Origin: Xanthobacteraceae bacterium
Lineage (GTDB): Bacteria > Pseudomonadota > Alphaproteobacteria > Rhizobiales > Xanthobacteraceae
Direction: 5' to 3'
Assembly: GCA_041287585.1 (NCBI GenBank)
Contig: JBGGNI010000213.1
Span: 7,250-71,249, forward strand
Length of the DNA stretch: 64,000 nt
The notes under the pieces were generated by a model. That model saw only the letters and a list, made by a program, of their open reading frames with translations. It had not been told where the DNA came from and did not search any database. Of this stretch, positions 29,207 to 38,103 are shown in pieces; the stretch's first letter is position 1, and the number at the start of each line of letters is the position of its first letter. The translations under genes and the position numbers were made by a program.

Positions 29207-29284
29207 TTGTGCAAGCACTTGATGCCGGCGCATCCTGCATGCCGACACGGGGGCAAACCCCGGCGGCAACAGGGAAACGCCAGC

Positions 29285-30193
29285 ATGCCGACCGATCCGT
29301 TCGAGATTCTCGATCCGCGCTTCCGCGCCTATGTCATCCCGATCGCCTGGCTTGAGACCCTGCATTCCGGCATGCGCTGGTGCGAGGGGCCGGTCTATTT
29401 CGCCGATATGCGCTGCCTGATCTGGAGCGACATCCCCAACAGTCGCTTGATGCGCTGGTGCGAGGACACCGGCACCGCGGGCGTCTTCCGCGCCGATTCG
29501 AACTTCGCCAACGGCAATGCGCGCGACCGGCAGGGCCGTCTCGTCACCTGCGAGCACCGCACCCGCCGCGTCACCCGCACCGAGCCGGACGGGCGCATCA
29601 CCGTGCTGGCCGACCGCTATCGCGGCCGCCGTCTCAATTCGCCGAACGATGTGGTGGTGAAGTCGGACGGCACGGTGTGGTTCACCGACCCCACTTATGG
29701 CATCAGCGCCGACTATGAGGGCGGCAAGGCGGTGAGCGAGCAGGACGGGCGCTACGTGTTCCGCTTCGACCCGCGCGACGGCACGCTGAACGTTGTGTCG
29801 GACGATTTCGTGCAGCCGAACGGGCTGGCCTTCTCGCCGGACGAGAGCCGGCTCTACATCGCCGATTCCGGCTGGATCGGGCCGGAGGACGGGCCGCGCC
29901 ACATCCGCGCCTTCGATGTCGGGCCAGACAACGCCCTATCGGGCGGCGCAGTGCTGACCGAGGTGAGCCCGCACGCCCCGGACGGCTTGCGTGTCGACGC
30001 GGACGGCAACATCTGGTCGAGCGCGGGCGACGGCGTCCACTGCTACACGCCGGGCGGCGCGCTGATCGGCAAGATCCGGGTGCCGGAGCGGGTCGGCAAC
30101 CTCGCCTTCGGCGGCGCGGCGCGCAACCGGCTGTTCATTTGCGGCCATACCTCGCTCTATGCGGTGTTCCTGAACACGCGCGGGGCAGTGTAG
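29285..30193 (+). CDS. SMP-30/gluconolactonase family protein
   Basis: WCEGPVY, WSDIPN, ANGNARD, LNSPNDVVV, QPNGLAFSPDE, PDGLRVD, NLAFGG. Confidence 0.93.
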   Translation: MPTDPFEILDPRFRAYVIPIAWLETLHSGMRWCEGPVYFADMRCLIWSDIPNSRLMRWCEDTGTAGVFRADSNFANGNARDRQGRLVTCEHRTRRVTRTEPDGRITVLADRYRGRRLNSPNDVVVKSDGTVWFTDPTYGISADYEGGKAVSEQDGRYVFRFDPRDGTLNVVSDDFVQPNGLAFSPDESRLYIADSGWIGPEDGPRHIRAFDVGPDNALSGGAVLTEVSPHAPDGLRVDADGNIWSSAGDGVHCYTPGGALIGKIRVPERVGNLAFGGAARNRLFICGHTSLYAVFLNTRGAV

Positions 30194-30197
30194 CGCT

Positions 30198-30347
30198 GCC
30201 GTCCTGCTGGTGCACGAGGAGGGCGCCCGCGACCTGCAGGTTCCCTTCTCCAGCGAGGTGGCGAGCGCACGCGAATACTATCTGCTGATCCACGGGGGCC
30301 GCCTGGACGACCCGCGGGTGCAGGGCCTTGCCGCGCGGCCGGCATGA
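30198..30347 (+). pseudogene. Remnant resembling the C-terminus of a LysR (GcvA-type) regulator
   Basis: Start-less frame reads AVLLVHEEGARDLQVPFSSEVASAREYYLLIHGGRLDDPRVQGLAARPA*, similar to the GcvA-type ending (LV.DEL..G.LV.PF........YYLV.......P.V.AF). Confidence 0.5.
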
Positions 30348-30358
30348 CGGCCGGTGGC

Positions 30359-31201
30359 CTAACCCTGGACGAGGAGCTGGTCCTGGACGCCGAGACCTTC
30401 GACGCCGGTGCGCATGCGCTGGCCGGCGCGCAAGAAGACGGGCGGCTTGTGCCCGGTTCCCACGCCGGGGGGTGTGCCCGTTGCGATGATATCGCCGGGA
30501 AACAGCGTGAAGAACTGCGAGAGGTAGTGCACCAGGAAAGAAACGCCAAAGACCATGGTGGCGGTCGTGCCGTCTTGCATCCGCTTGCCATCGACTTCGC
30601 AGAACAGCTTCAGCGCGTGGGGATTCGGCACCTCGTCGCGGGTCACCAGCCAGGGCCCCAGCGGGCCGAACGTGTCGCAGCTCTTGCCCTTGGTCCACTG
30701 CCCCTCGCGACGGATCTGATAGTCGCGCTCGCTGACGTCGTTGACGGTGCAGTACCCGGCGACATGGGCCGCCGCATCCGCCTCGCTGACATATTTGGCG
30801 GTGGTGCCGATTACGACGCCGAGTTCGACCTCCCAATCCGTCGACTTCGACGCTCTCGGGATGACGATATCATCGTTCGGGCCGCAAATGGCACTGTTCG
30901 CCTTCAGGAAGATGATCGGCTCCGGCGGAACGGGCTTGTTCACCTCTGCCGCATGGTCCGTATAGTTCAAGCCGATGCAGATGAACTTGCCGACCTGACC
31001 GACACATGGTCCCAGGCGCGTGCTGGCCGGAACGAGCGGCAGATTCCCCAGGTCGAGTGCGCTTAGCCGCTTCAACCCTTCATCCGACAGCACGTCGCCG
31101 GCAATGTCGGCGACGACGGCCGAGAGGTCCCGCACGCGGCCTTCCGCGTCGAGAATGCCCGGCTTTTCCGCCCCTGTAATGCCATGCCGCACCAGCTTCA
31201 T
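30359..31201 (-). CDS. Fumarylacetoacetate hydrolase family protein
   Basis: KFICIGLNY, EPIIFLK, DWEVELGVVIG, NDVSERDYQ, QWTKGKSCDTFGPLGP, PGDIIATGTPPGVG. Confidence 0.93.
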   Translation of the reverse strand: MKLVRHGITGAEKPGILDAEGRVRDLSAVVADIAGDVLSDEGLKRLSALDLGNLPLVPASTRLGPCVGQVGKFICIGLNYTDHAAEVNKPVPPEPIIFLKANSAICGPNDDIVIPRASKSTDWEVELGVVIGTTAKYVSEADAAAHVAGYCTVNDVSERDYQIRREGQWTKGKSCDTFGPLGPWLVTRDEVPNPHALKLFCEVDGKRMQDGTTATMVFGVSFLVHYLSQFFTLFPGDIIATGTPPGVGTGHKPPVFLRAGQRMRTGVEGLGVQDQLLVQG

Positions 31202-31244
31202 TGGAGGCTCCCGTCTAAACGTTTTGAGAAACTATGTATGGTGA

Positions 31245-31267
31245 CTGTCAACCATACTGTCTACAGT
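31245..31267. promoter_or_regulatory. Putative GntR operator (CTGTCAAC plus ACTGTCTACAGT)
   Basis: Near-palindrome ACTGT-CT-ACAGT at 31256-31267 in a divergent promoter; 31251-31265 matches the reverse complement of 36258-36272 at 14/15. Confidence 0.65.
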
Positions 31268-31361
31268 TTATGCAAATGACGCCCTAGCTTTTTTCGGGCC
31301 AGTTGGTAAGCATTCACAGGCGTCGGCCGGTGCCTCGGATTCGGACGGAATTGGATGGGAG

Positions 31362-32054
31362 ATGAAAGACGTCATCATAACCGATACGCAAGTGTCGTCC
31401 CCGCTGCCGCTGCGGATTCAGGCCTACGATAAGATCGAAAACATGATCATGAAGGGCGTCCTGCAGCCGGGCGAGCGATTGATCGAGACCGAACTCTCCA
31501 ACGCCCTCAAGGTCAGCCGCGGTCCGGTTCGCGAGGCCCTTCAACTGCTCGAGCGCGATGGGTGGGTGGAGACGCGGCCGCGCTATGGCGCGGTGGTGAG
31601 GCGCAGGACGACGCCCGAAGTAGCCGAACTGTTCGAGGTGCGCCGCACGCTCGAACGCCGCAGCATGGAGATTGCGGCCGGCCGTATCACCGCCGCTGAG
31701 AAGCGGCATTTGAAGAAATTGCAGGATCGCGCCGAGGCCTTGTTCATCGCCAAGGACATGCCCGGCTTGATCGAGGCCAATTCCGCGGTTCACAATTTCC
31801 TGCCGACCTTGAGCGGCAACACGACGATGTCCGAACTGTTCCGGACGGTTAACCGCCGCATTCGCTGGTACACATTGACGCCGCAGATTTTCGACCGGGC
31901 GCAAAGTATCCTGACCGAGCAACGCGACATCGTGGACGCAATCGTGGCGGGAGAGTCCAGTGCCGCGGCAAATGCGATGGACCATCACAACGCCAAGGTT
32001 TGGGAAACGTATATGGAATGGCTCGCCATGAACAAGTACCGTCCCGGTGACTGA
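31362..32054 (+). CDS. GntR family (FCD) regulator, paralog A
   Basis: LQPGERLIETELS..LKVSRGPVREALQLLERDGWVE; strongly similar to 55047-55769. Confidence 0.92.
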   Translation: MKDVIITDTQVSSPLPLRIQAYDKIENMIMKGVLQPGERLIETELSNALKVSRGPVREALQLLERDGWVETRPRYGAVVRRRTTPEVAELFEVRRTLERRSMEIAAGRITAAEKRHLKKLQDRAEALFIAKDMPGLIEANSAVHNFLPTLSGNTTMSELFRTVNRRIRWYTLTPQIFDRAQSILTEQRDIVDAIVAGESSAAANAMDHHNAKVWETYMEWLAMNKYRPGD

Positions 32055-32136
32055 GAGAGTGCTTGAAACAGTGTCCACCACCTTCCGATAAGCTGTCCGG
32101 AATTAAGCACGATTGAGGTCCATTCGCTCTTCGCGT

Positions 32137-33246
32137 CTACGGCTTCGGCGCCGCTTCCGGACCGCATCGGCCAATGGCATCGGCGGAGAACAGCACGATA
32201 CGGTCGACGTCGCAGGCAAGGCCCACCTCGCCATCGATGCGCTTTTCGGATGAAAAGCGGATCGGATGGCCGCCATGGGTTCCGAAGACGTTGTATCTGT
32301 CCCCGGAGAACTCCAGGCCGTCGATCTTCACGGCGATGACGTTGGGAGCGTGTGTGCCGGCAACGGTCAGCCATTCGGGCCGCACGGCAGCGGACACCGT
32401 CTGCCCTATGGCAAAGTCGCGGTCCTGCACGCCCAGCGCAAGGACCGAGCCGCCGTCCAGCCTGACAGTCGGCTGGCCCCGCGCCCCCTTTGCCACCACC
32501 GCGCCTTTCACGAAAGAGCAGCCGCCAATGAAATCGGCGACGAACGGTGTTGCCGGACGAAGATAAATGTCTTCCGGCGTGCCGTATTGCGCAAGCTCTC
32601 CTCCGTCCAGAACGGCGACATGATCGCTGAGAGACAGCGCCTCGCCCTGATCATGCGTCACGAAAATCGTGGTCATCTTCAGCTCGCGCTGCAGGGAGCG
32701 CAGCCAATGCCGCGCGCGCTCACGCAGCTTTGCATCGAGGTTGGACAGCGGCTCGTCGAGCAGCAGCACCTTGGGCCGATAGGCCAGCGTTCTGGCGATG
32801 GCGACACGCTGCTGCTGGCCGCCGGACAGCTCATGCGGATAGCGATCCGCCAGGTGCCCGATCTCCACCAGCGCCAGCGCCTCCGCGATGCGCTGCTGGC
32901 GCTGGGCCGCCGGCATTTTCCGCACCTTCAAGGGAAACCCGACATTCTGCGATACCCGCATGTGCGGCCACAGGGCGTAGCTCTGAGGGACGAGGCCCAA
33001 ATTGCGCGCTTCCGGCAGCATCATGTAGCCGGCCGCCCCGTCAGCGACGAGTGTACCGCCGATGGAGATGCGCCCACCCGTCGGCCGATCCAGCCCGGCG
33101 ATCATGGCCAGCGTCGTCGTCTTTCCGCAACCGGACGGACCGAGCAGCGAGACGAAAGAACCGTCCGGGACGACGAGAGACAAAGTCTTCACCGCTGCCT
33201 TCGTTCCGTAGAGGCGGGATACATCCTGGAGCGTCACGTCGGACAT
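32137..33246 (-). CDS. ABC transporter ATP-binding protein (FbpC/PotA-like, C-terminal TOBE)
   Basis: GPSGCGKT, QSYALWPHM, LSGGQQQRVA, LLLDEPLSNLD, FVTHDQ; alternative GTG start at 33255. Confidence 0.93.
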   Translation of the reverse strand: MSDVTLQDVSRLYGTKAAVKTLSLVVPDGSFVSLLGPSGCGKTTTLAMIAGLDRPTGGRISIGGTLVADGAAGYMMLPEARNLGLVPQSYALWPHMRVSQNVGFPLKVRKMPAAQRQQRIAEALALVEIGHLADRYPHELSGGQQQRVAIARTLAYRPKVLLLDEPLSNLDAKLRERARHWLRSLQRELKMTTIFVTHDQGEALSLSDHVAVLDGGELAQYGTPEDIYLRPATPFVADFIGGCSFVKGAVVAKGARGQPTVRLDGGSVLALGVQDRDFAIGQTVSAAVRPEWLTVAGTHAPNVIAVKIDGLEFSGDRYNVFGTHGGHPIRFSSEKRIDGEVGLACDVDRIVLFSADAIGRCGPEAAPKP

Positions 33247-33257
33247 GGACAACACCT

Positions 33258-34991
33258 TCAGTCATAGAGCTTAAATTTCGACAGGCGGCCGACCGTGACG
33301 ATGAACGCGAAGGTCAGCAACACCTGTACGGTGGCGAGAGCCGCAACCGCGCCGGTATGTCCGTCCCACACCAGCAACAGCATGACCGTGCCGAGAATCT
33401 CAGTTCCGGGCGAATAAAGAAACACGGCGGTCGCGTAATCCTTGAAGAACTGCAGGAACAGCACGGTATAGGCTGCGAGCAGGCTGGGCTTCAAGATCGG
33501 CAGCAATATGTGGAACATCGTCTTCAGCCACGATGCTCCGGAGGTGCGGGCGCTGTGTTCCAGATCGGCGCTGACCTGCATCATGCTCGGCATCAGCGTT
33601 CCAAGACCGAGCGGCAGATAGCGCATGATGAAGGCGATGATCAGGATGACCAGCGTTCCGCGGGTCCAGCCAAGCGGGGGAAACAGGACGGCCGCATAGA
33701 AGAAGCCAAGGCCGGCGATCATTCCGGGCACGGCACGCGGCAGCATCGCGAACGCCTCGAGCGCCGGGCCGGCCTTGTTGCGGGTGCGCGTGACGATCGC
33801 GGCGATCATGAAGACGAGCACCACGCCGACGGCGGCCCCGACGCTTGAAATGATGAGCGAGTTCACAAGCGCCCTGGTGTAGATGGGCCGTGACCAGAGG
33901 TAGCGGAAATTGTCGAGCGTCGCGACCTCGGCGTAGGGTATCAGCGGCGAGAAGAACTCCGCGAACGCCTGCAGCAGAACGCCCAGCAGCGGTATGCCGA
34001 CGGCCGCGATCATGACGGACAAGGTGGCGATGCTTACCGGCCACCGGAACGCCCCGAGTTCGAAATCCTTCTGGCGCCCAGCCTTGCTGCCGACGGTGAT
34101 AAAGCGCCGCGTGTCGCCGAGCATCTTGCGCTGCAGCTTGACCGTGATCAGCAGGACCGCCAGCAGAAGGAAGCTGGAAGCGGCAACGATGCCGTAATTC
34201 TGCGTCACCGCCTGCACGCTGTTCATGTAGATGTAGGTGGTGAACAGCATGATGCCGGACGGCTTGCCGAAGATCAGCGGAATCGATAGCGTCTCAAGGC
34301 ACATGATGAAATTGAAGAAAGTGCTGCCGATGAGCGCCGGCCGCAGCAACGGCAGAGCGATGCGAAACAGCACCGTGCGGCGCGAGGCTCCCGCCGTGCG
34401 CGCAGCATCCTCGATTGCCGGATCCATGGCGCGGACGGCGCCGATGCAGAAAAGATAGGCGAGCGGCGCATGGGATATGCCGCCGACGATCATCATGCCG
34501 CCGAGCGAATTCAAGTTCCAGGCCGGCAGGCCGAGATTGAGCGACGCGAACTGCGTAACATACCCCGCCGGACCGTACATGATCGACCAGCCCAGCGCCT
34601 TGACCAGATCGGAAACCAGCATCGGCCAGACGACCAGCGCAATGATCAGCGATTTGCCGGCGATATTGGTGCGGCCAACCAGCACCGCCGCGGTGACGCC
34701 CATCAGCTGAGCGATCAGCGTGGCGCCGACTGCGAAGAGCAGCGAATTGCCGACCGCTGCGTGAAAGCGGGCATCGAAGAACAGATCGCTCAGGTTCTTC
34801 AGCGTCAGCTTGCCGCCCGCATCATAAAGCGGCCGGTCGAGCAGCGCCTGATATCCGATCGGCACAAGCGGCAGCAGCACGAGCCCGATGGTCAATATGA
34901 TGACAAACCAGGGCACGACCGCGGATGGCGAGAACCTCACGGCGAGCGGCGTTTTCGGTATTTTAAAATCGTTTGTCTGTGCAACGGTCAT
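33258..34991 (-). CDS. FbpB/ThiP-type ABC permease (two BPD_transp_1 domains)
   Basis: Two EAA loops (IEDAARTAGAS, LEHSARTSGAS); about 12 TM segments. Confidence 0.9.
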   Translation of the reverse strand: MTVAQTNDFKIPKTPLAVRFSPSAVVPWFVIILTIGLVLLPLVPIGYQALLDRPLYDAGGKLTLKNLSDLFFDARFHAAVGNSLLFAVGATLIAQLMGVTAAVLVGRTNIAGKSLIIALVVWPMLVSDLVKALGWSIMYGPAGYVTQFASLNLGLPAWNLNSLGGMMIVGGISHAPLAYLFCIGAVRAMDPAIEDAARTAGASRRTVLFRIALPLLRPALIGSTFFNFIMCLETLSIPLIFGKPSGIMLFTTYIYMNSVQAVTQNYGIVAASSFLLLAVLLITVKLQRKMLGDTRRFITVGSKAGRQKDFELGAFRWPVSIATLSVMIAAVGIPLLGVLLQAFAEFFSPLIPYAEVATLDNFRYLWSRPIYTRALVNSLIISSVGAAVGVVLVFMIAAIVTRTRNKAGPALEAFAMLPRAVPGMIAGLGFFYAAVLFPPLGWTRGTLVILIIAFIMRYLPLGLGTLMPSMMQVSADLEHSARTSGASWLKTMFHILLPILKPSLLAAYTVLFLQFFKDYATAVFLYSPGTEILGTVMLLLVWDGHTGAVAALATVQVLLTFAFIVTVGRLSKFKLYD

Positions 34992-35065
34992 ATGTTCCTC
35001 GGACGACAGCCTGCAGAAACGACTCGGCCGGCTGCCTACGCTGCCGGCCCCCGTCACGTTGCGGC

Positions 35066-36142
35066 TTAGCGGCCGATTATCTGATTGATCTTCGGGGCAA
35101 AGGTCTTCTGATAGTCGAAGATCGCCCGTGAGAAGCCGTAATAGCCGGCGTTCTTGGTTCCGCCTATCTGCTCCAGAAGCTTGGAGTAGGGCACCGTATT
35201 GGCCGCAGCGGGCACGTCCGGATGAACCGGAGACGATCCGCTGGTACCGTACGCTGCCTGGCCTTCCTCCGAGACAAGGAAGCTCGCCAACAACTTCGCG
35301 GCGTTCGGGCTTTTTGCGTTGCCCATGATCGCCATGGAGCGGAGCTGAAGCGGTTCGCCATCGTCGTGATAGGTCCAGCCGACGATTCGCTCACGGGCGC
35401 CGGTGATTCGCGAAACAGTCAGATTACGTCCGACGAAAAAAGCCGCCACATGCTCGCCGGAGGTCACCTTCTCCAGCATCGCCGCGCCACCCGACTCGTA
35501 GCGCAAGGACGGCAGCAGTTTTTTCATGCTGGCCCAATATTTCTCGTCGCCCATAACGCTATAGATAGCCAGATTGTAGCCAGGCCCGACCGAAGATGAC
35601 ACCGGGTCGAAGGTCGAGATCTTTCCTTTGAAGATTTCGGGATTAGCGGCCGCCTTTTCGGCGAGATCGGCTATTCCAGTAGGCCACAGCTTTTGGGGCA
35701 AGATGGCCTTGTTGAACAGAATAACTTGCGGATCGACTGCGATGACCGTCACGCCGGGAACGGCGTCGGGGAAGGTCGGCAGCTTTTCGATGCCGGCAGG
35801 CTTGTAGTCCATCAGCTCGCCACGATCGGACGCCTCGACGAAACGGTGCGGGCTGCCCCCGACGGCAATATCGCCGGTCCGAACGCCGGAGGCCGACTCG
35901 GCACGGAATCGCTCCCACAATTCATTACCACCAAGCTCCAGGATCTCCACCTTGATATCGGGATGTTTGGCCTCGAACGCCTTCAGCGTCGCGTCCCAGC
36001 TGCGTGCGTCGCCGGTGGAGTATAGAAGCAGCTTTTGTTCGGTCTTGGCTCCCGCTAACAGGTCTTTCTGGCTCTGCGCCGTCGCGGGCACTGATACGGC
36101 AGTCAGCCAGGCTGCGAGCACGATTGGCCATGCGGCTTTCAT
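35066..36142 (-). CDS. ABC substrate-binding protein (FbpA/thiamine-like, type II)
   Basis: GAGGGAGG RBS; signal peptide; FEAKHPDIKVE, ERFRAE, SPNAAKLLASFLVSEEGQ. Confidence 0.88.
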   Translation of the reverse strand: MKAAWPIVLAAWLTAVSVPATAQSQKDLLAGAKTEQKLLLYSTGDARSWDATLKAFEAKHPDIKVEILELGGNELWERFRAESASGVRTGDIAVGGSPHRFVEASDRGELMDYKPAGIEKLPTFPDAVPGVTVIAVDPQVILFNKAILPQKLWPTGIADLAEKAAANPEIFKGKISTFDPVSSSVGPGYNLAIYSVMGDEKYWASMKKLLPSLRYESGGAAMLEKVTSGEHVAAFFVGRNLTVSRITGARERIVGWTYHDDGEPLQLRSMAIMGNAKSPNAAKLLASFLVSEEGQAAYGTSGSSPVHPDVPAAANTVPYSKLLEQIGGTKNAGYYGFSRAIFDYQKTFAPKINQIIGR

Positions 36143-36257
36143 GAATTTCCTCCCTCGGAGCACCTGCCGACGACCTGCGAGATCGCCTGCTGGCGGTTTT
36201 CTACCGCCCACCAAAATGCTCCGCTTGCCGATATCTATAGCATAACGTCGACGATAG

Positions 36258-36272
36258 TGTAAACAGTATGGT
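36258..36272. promoter_or_regulatory. Putative GntR operator TGTAAACAGTATGGT
   Basis: In the divergent promoter between the SBP and the DapA-like gene; reverse complement ACCATACTGTTTACA versus ACCATACTGTCTACA at 31251. Confidence 0.65.
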
Positions 36273-36341
36273 ATGTAATTGACCGTTGCGGGGGTGAATC
36301 CTATTATGCCACACCCATCCAGTGAAATCCGAGGAGCGCCG

Positions 36342-37304
36342 ATGCCACCTGTCCGACTTCACCGAAATTTTCGCGGCAACCTGCCGATCGTTCCGACGCC
36401 CTTCCACCAAAACGGCGAACTTGCCCTAGACGACATCGGCATGATGGTGGATTACTATCAGCGCTGCGGTGTTGACGGCTTGACTATTCTCGGCGTCATG
36501 GGCGAAGCTTTCAAGTTGTCGGCCGCCGAGACCAAGGCCTGCATAGATGAATTCCTGCGCTGCGCCAAAGGGCGTTTGGCGATCGTGGTCGGGGTTTCCG
36601 ACAAAAGCCTCGCCCGCTCGGCCGAAGTCGGTTCCTATGCCGTAGAAAATGGCGCCGACGCGGTCATGTTGCTGCCACTCCAAGGCCTTAAGACCGATGA
36701 CGCCGTCGTCGGCTTCTTCGAACGATATGCCAAGGAGACCGGCGGGCGCGTGCCGATCTGCGTGCAGGACGACCCTCCGGTCAGCAATGTGGAACTCACC
36801 GTCGCGGCCTGGTGCAGAATTTCCAAGATCGAGCCTGTGATCATGCTCAAGCATGAGCCTTTTCCGGGCCTTCAGAAGCTCTCGCAAATCCTCGAAGCGC
36901 GGAAAAATGGCGAGGCGCGGCAGGCCTCCATTCTCACCTCCAGCAACGGCATGTACCTGCCGCAGGAGTTGGAGCGGGGCTGCGACGGCTCCATGATCGG
37001 CGTCGCCTATGCCGACGCCATCACCCAAATGACGAAGCAATTCTGGGCCGGCGATTCGGACAAGATGTTCGATCTGCACGATGCGCTTCTGCCGCTGATC
37101 CGTCACGAAAAACAAGCCGCCTTCGGCCTCTCCGTTCGCAAGGAGATACTGCGGCGGCGCGGCGCGATTTCTACGGGGACCGTTCGCTATCCCGGCGCAG
37201 CGCTCGATGCCCGCGACCTAGCGGAACTCGATCGCCTTATCGAGCGGTTCGAAGCTCGCCTGCAGGCGCTTTCCGTTTCGCTGGAGATTCGCCAAGCGGC
37301 CTGA
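36342..37304 (+). CDS. Dihydrodipicolinate synthase/N-acetylneuraminate lyase family aldolase or dehydratase
   Basis: GAGGAG RBS; PTPF, GLTILGVMGEA, IVVGVS, GADAVML, MLKHE (Schiff-base Lys). Confidence 0.88.
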   Translation: MPPVRLHRNFRGNLPIVPTPFHQNGELALDDIGMMVDYYQRCGVDGLTILGVMGEAFKLSAAETKACIDEFLRCAKGRLAIVVGVSDKSLARSAEVGSYAVENGADAVMLLPLQGLKTDDAVVGFFERYAKETGGRVPICVQDDPPVSNVELTVAAWCRISKIEPVIMLKHEPFPGLQKLSQILEARKNGEARQASILTSSNGMYLPQELERGCDGSMIGVAYADAITQMTKQFWAGDSDKMFDLHDALLPLIRHEKQAAFGLSVRKEILRRRGAISTGTVRYPGAALDARDLAELDRLIERFEARLQALSVSLEIRQAA

Positions 37305-37350
37305 ACGGCGCGCAGAGCCCCTGTGGGAGCGCTCGCTACCTCACCACCCA

Positions 37351-37386
37351 ATCCCGGATACGGCCTTCGGCCGTTCCGGGATGACG
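37351..37386. repeat. REP-like hairpin between convergent genes, possible bidirectional terminator
   Basis: ATCCCGGA-T-ACGGCC-TTC-GGCCGT-TCCGGGAT-GACG; the end CCGGGATGAC resembles alphaproteobacterial REP-type elements. Confidence 0.55.
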
Positions 37387-37412
37387 AGTTTGGGCATTGC
37401 CAAACAGGCTCT

Positions 37413-37964
37413 TTAGCCCTGCCGTACCGGCGGCGGCACCTCATGCATCCGCAGGCCCAGCGCGACGGATGTGTAGTAGCCGATGAGCGTTAGAAGCTCG
37501 GCAATCCCCGCCCGGCCGAAGATCTGCTCGTAGCCGAAGAAAGCAGCGTCTTCGATCGAACCTCCGGCGAGTGAGTCCTGCACGAAGTCGTGCACGGCTT
37601 GCTGCCGCTCGTTGGCGAACCGAGCGGGCGTACCGGCGAGGATGCTTTCCAATGCCGGCTCCGCGACGCCGGCGGTGCGGGCATGGCGCAGATGGGCGGT
37701 GATGACGAAAGGGGACCGCCAGAACACGGCCGTCATAAGGATGCCGATCTCGCGTTCCGCGTAATCGAACGAGCTTCCGGTGTTTAGATGCGTGCCGATC
37801 ACTTCCATTCCGTCGGCGATCACCGGAGATTGAATCCATATCTTGTAGGGCGGCAAGATTGTGCCGCGTCCGCTTTCAAGCCGTGCAATGACCTTTTCCT
37901 GGTATTCGGTAAGTTGCGTGCGATCGACGTCGACAATCCGGTTTGTGCGTTGCCCAATGGTCAT
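37413..37964 (-). CDS. Carboxymuconolactone decarboxylase/AhpD-like family protein
   Basis: PYKIWIQSP, EREIGILMTA, H...A..AGV, ELLTLIGYY; lacks CxxC; AGGAGG RBS. Confidence 0.8.
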   Translation of the reverse strand: MTIGQRTNRIVDVDRTQLTEYQEKVIARLESGRGTILPPYKIWIQSPVIADGMEVIGTHLNTGSSFDYAEREIGILMTAVFWRSPFVITAHLRHARTAGVAEPALESILAGTPARFANERQQAVHDFVQDSLAGGSIEDAAFFGYEQIFGRAGIAELLTLIGYYTSVALGLRMHEVPPPVRQG

Positions 37965-38103
37965 GTTGTTTCCTCCTGGTTAAAGCGCTTTGTTTTGCGC
38001 GGACGGATATCGAATGGTGATCGTGTTGCCGCCAGGCTATCCATGCGTGTAAGAAGAACGGCTCACGAACAAGACCGCTGTACTGCGAGAATTATTTACT
38101 CGC

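Noticed and set aside
36342-37304. Lysine-biosynthetic DapA
   Set aside because: Lacks GTTGE and the catalytic Tyr motif; catabolic context
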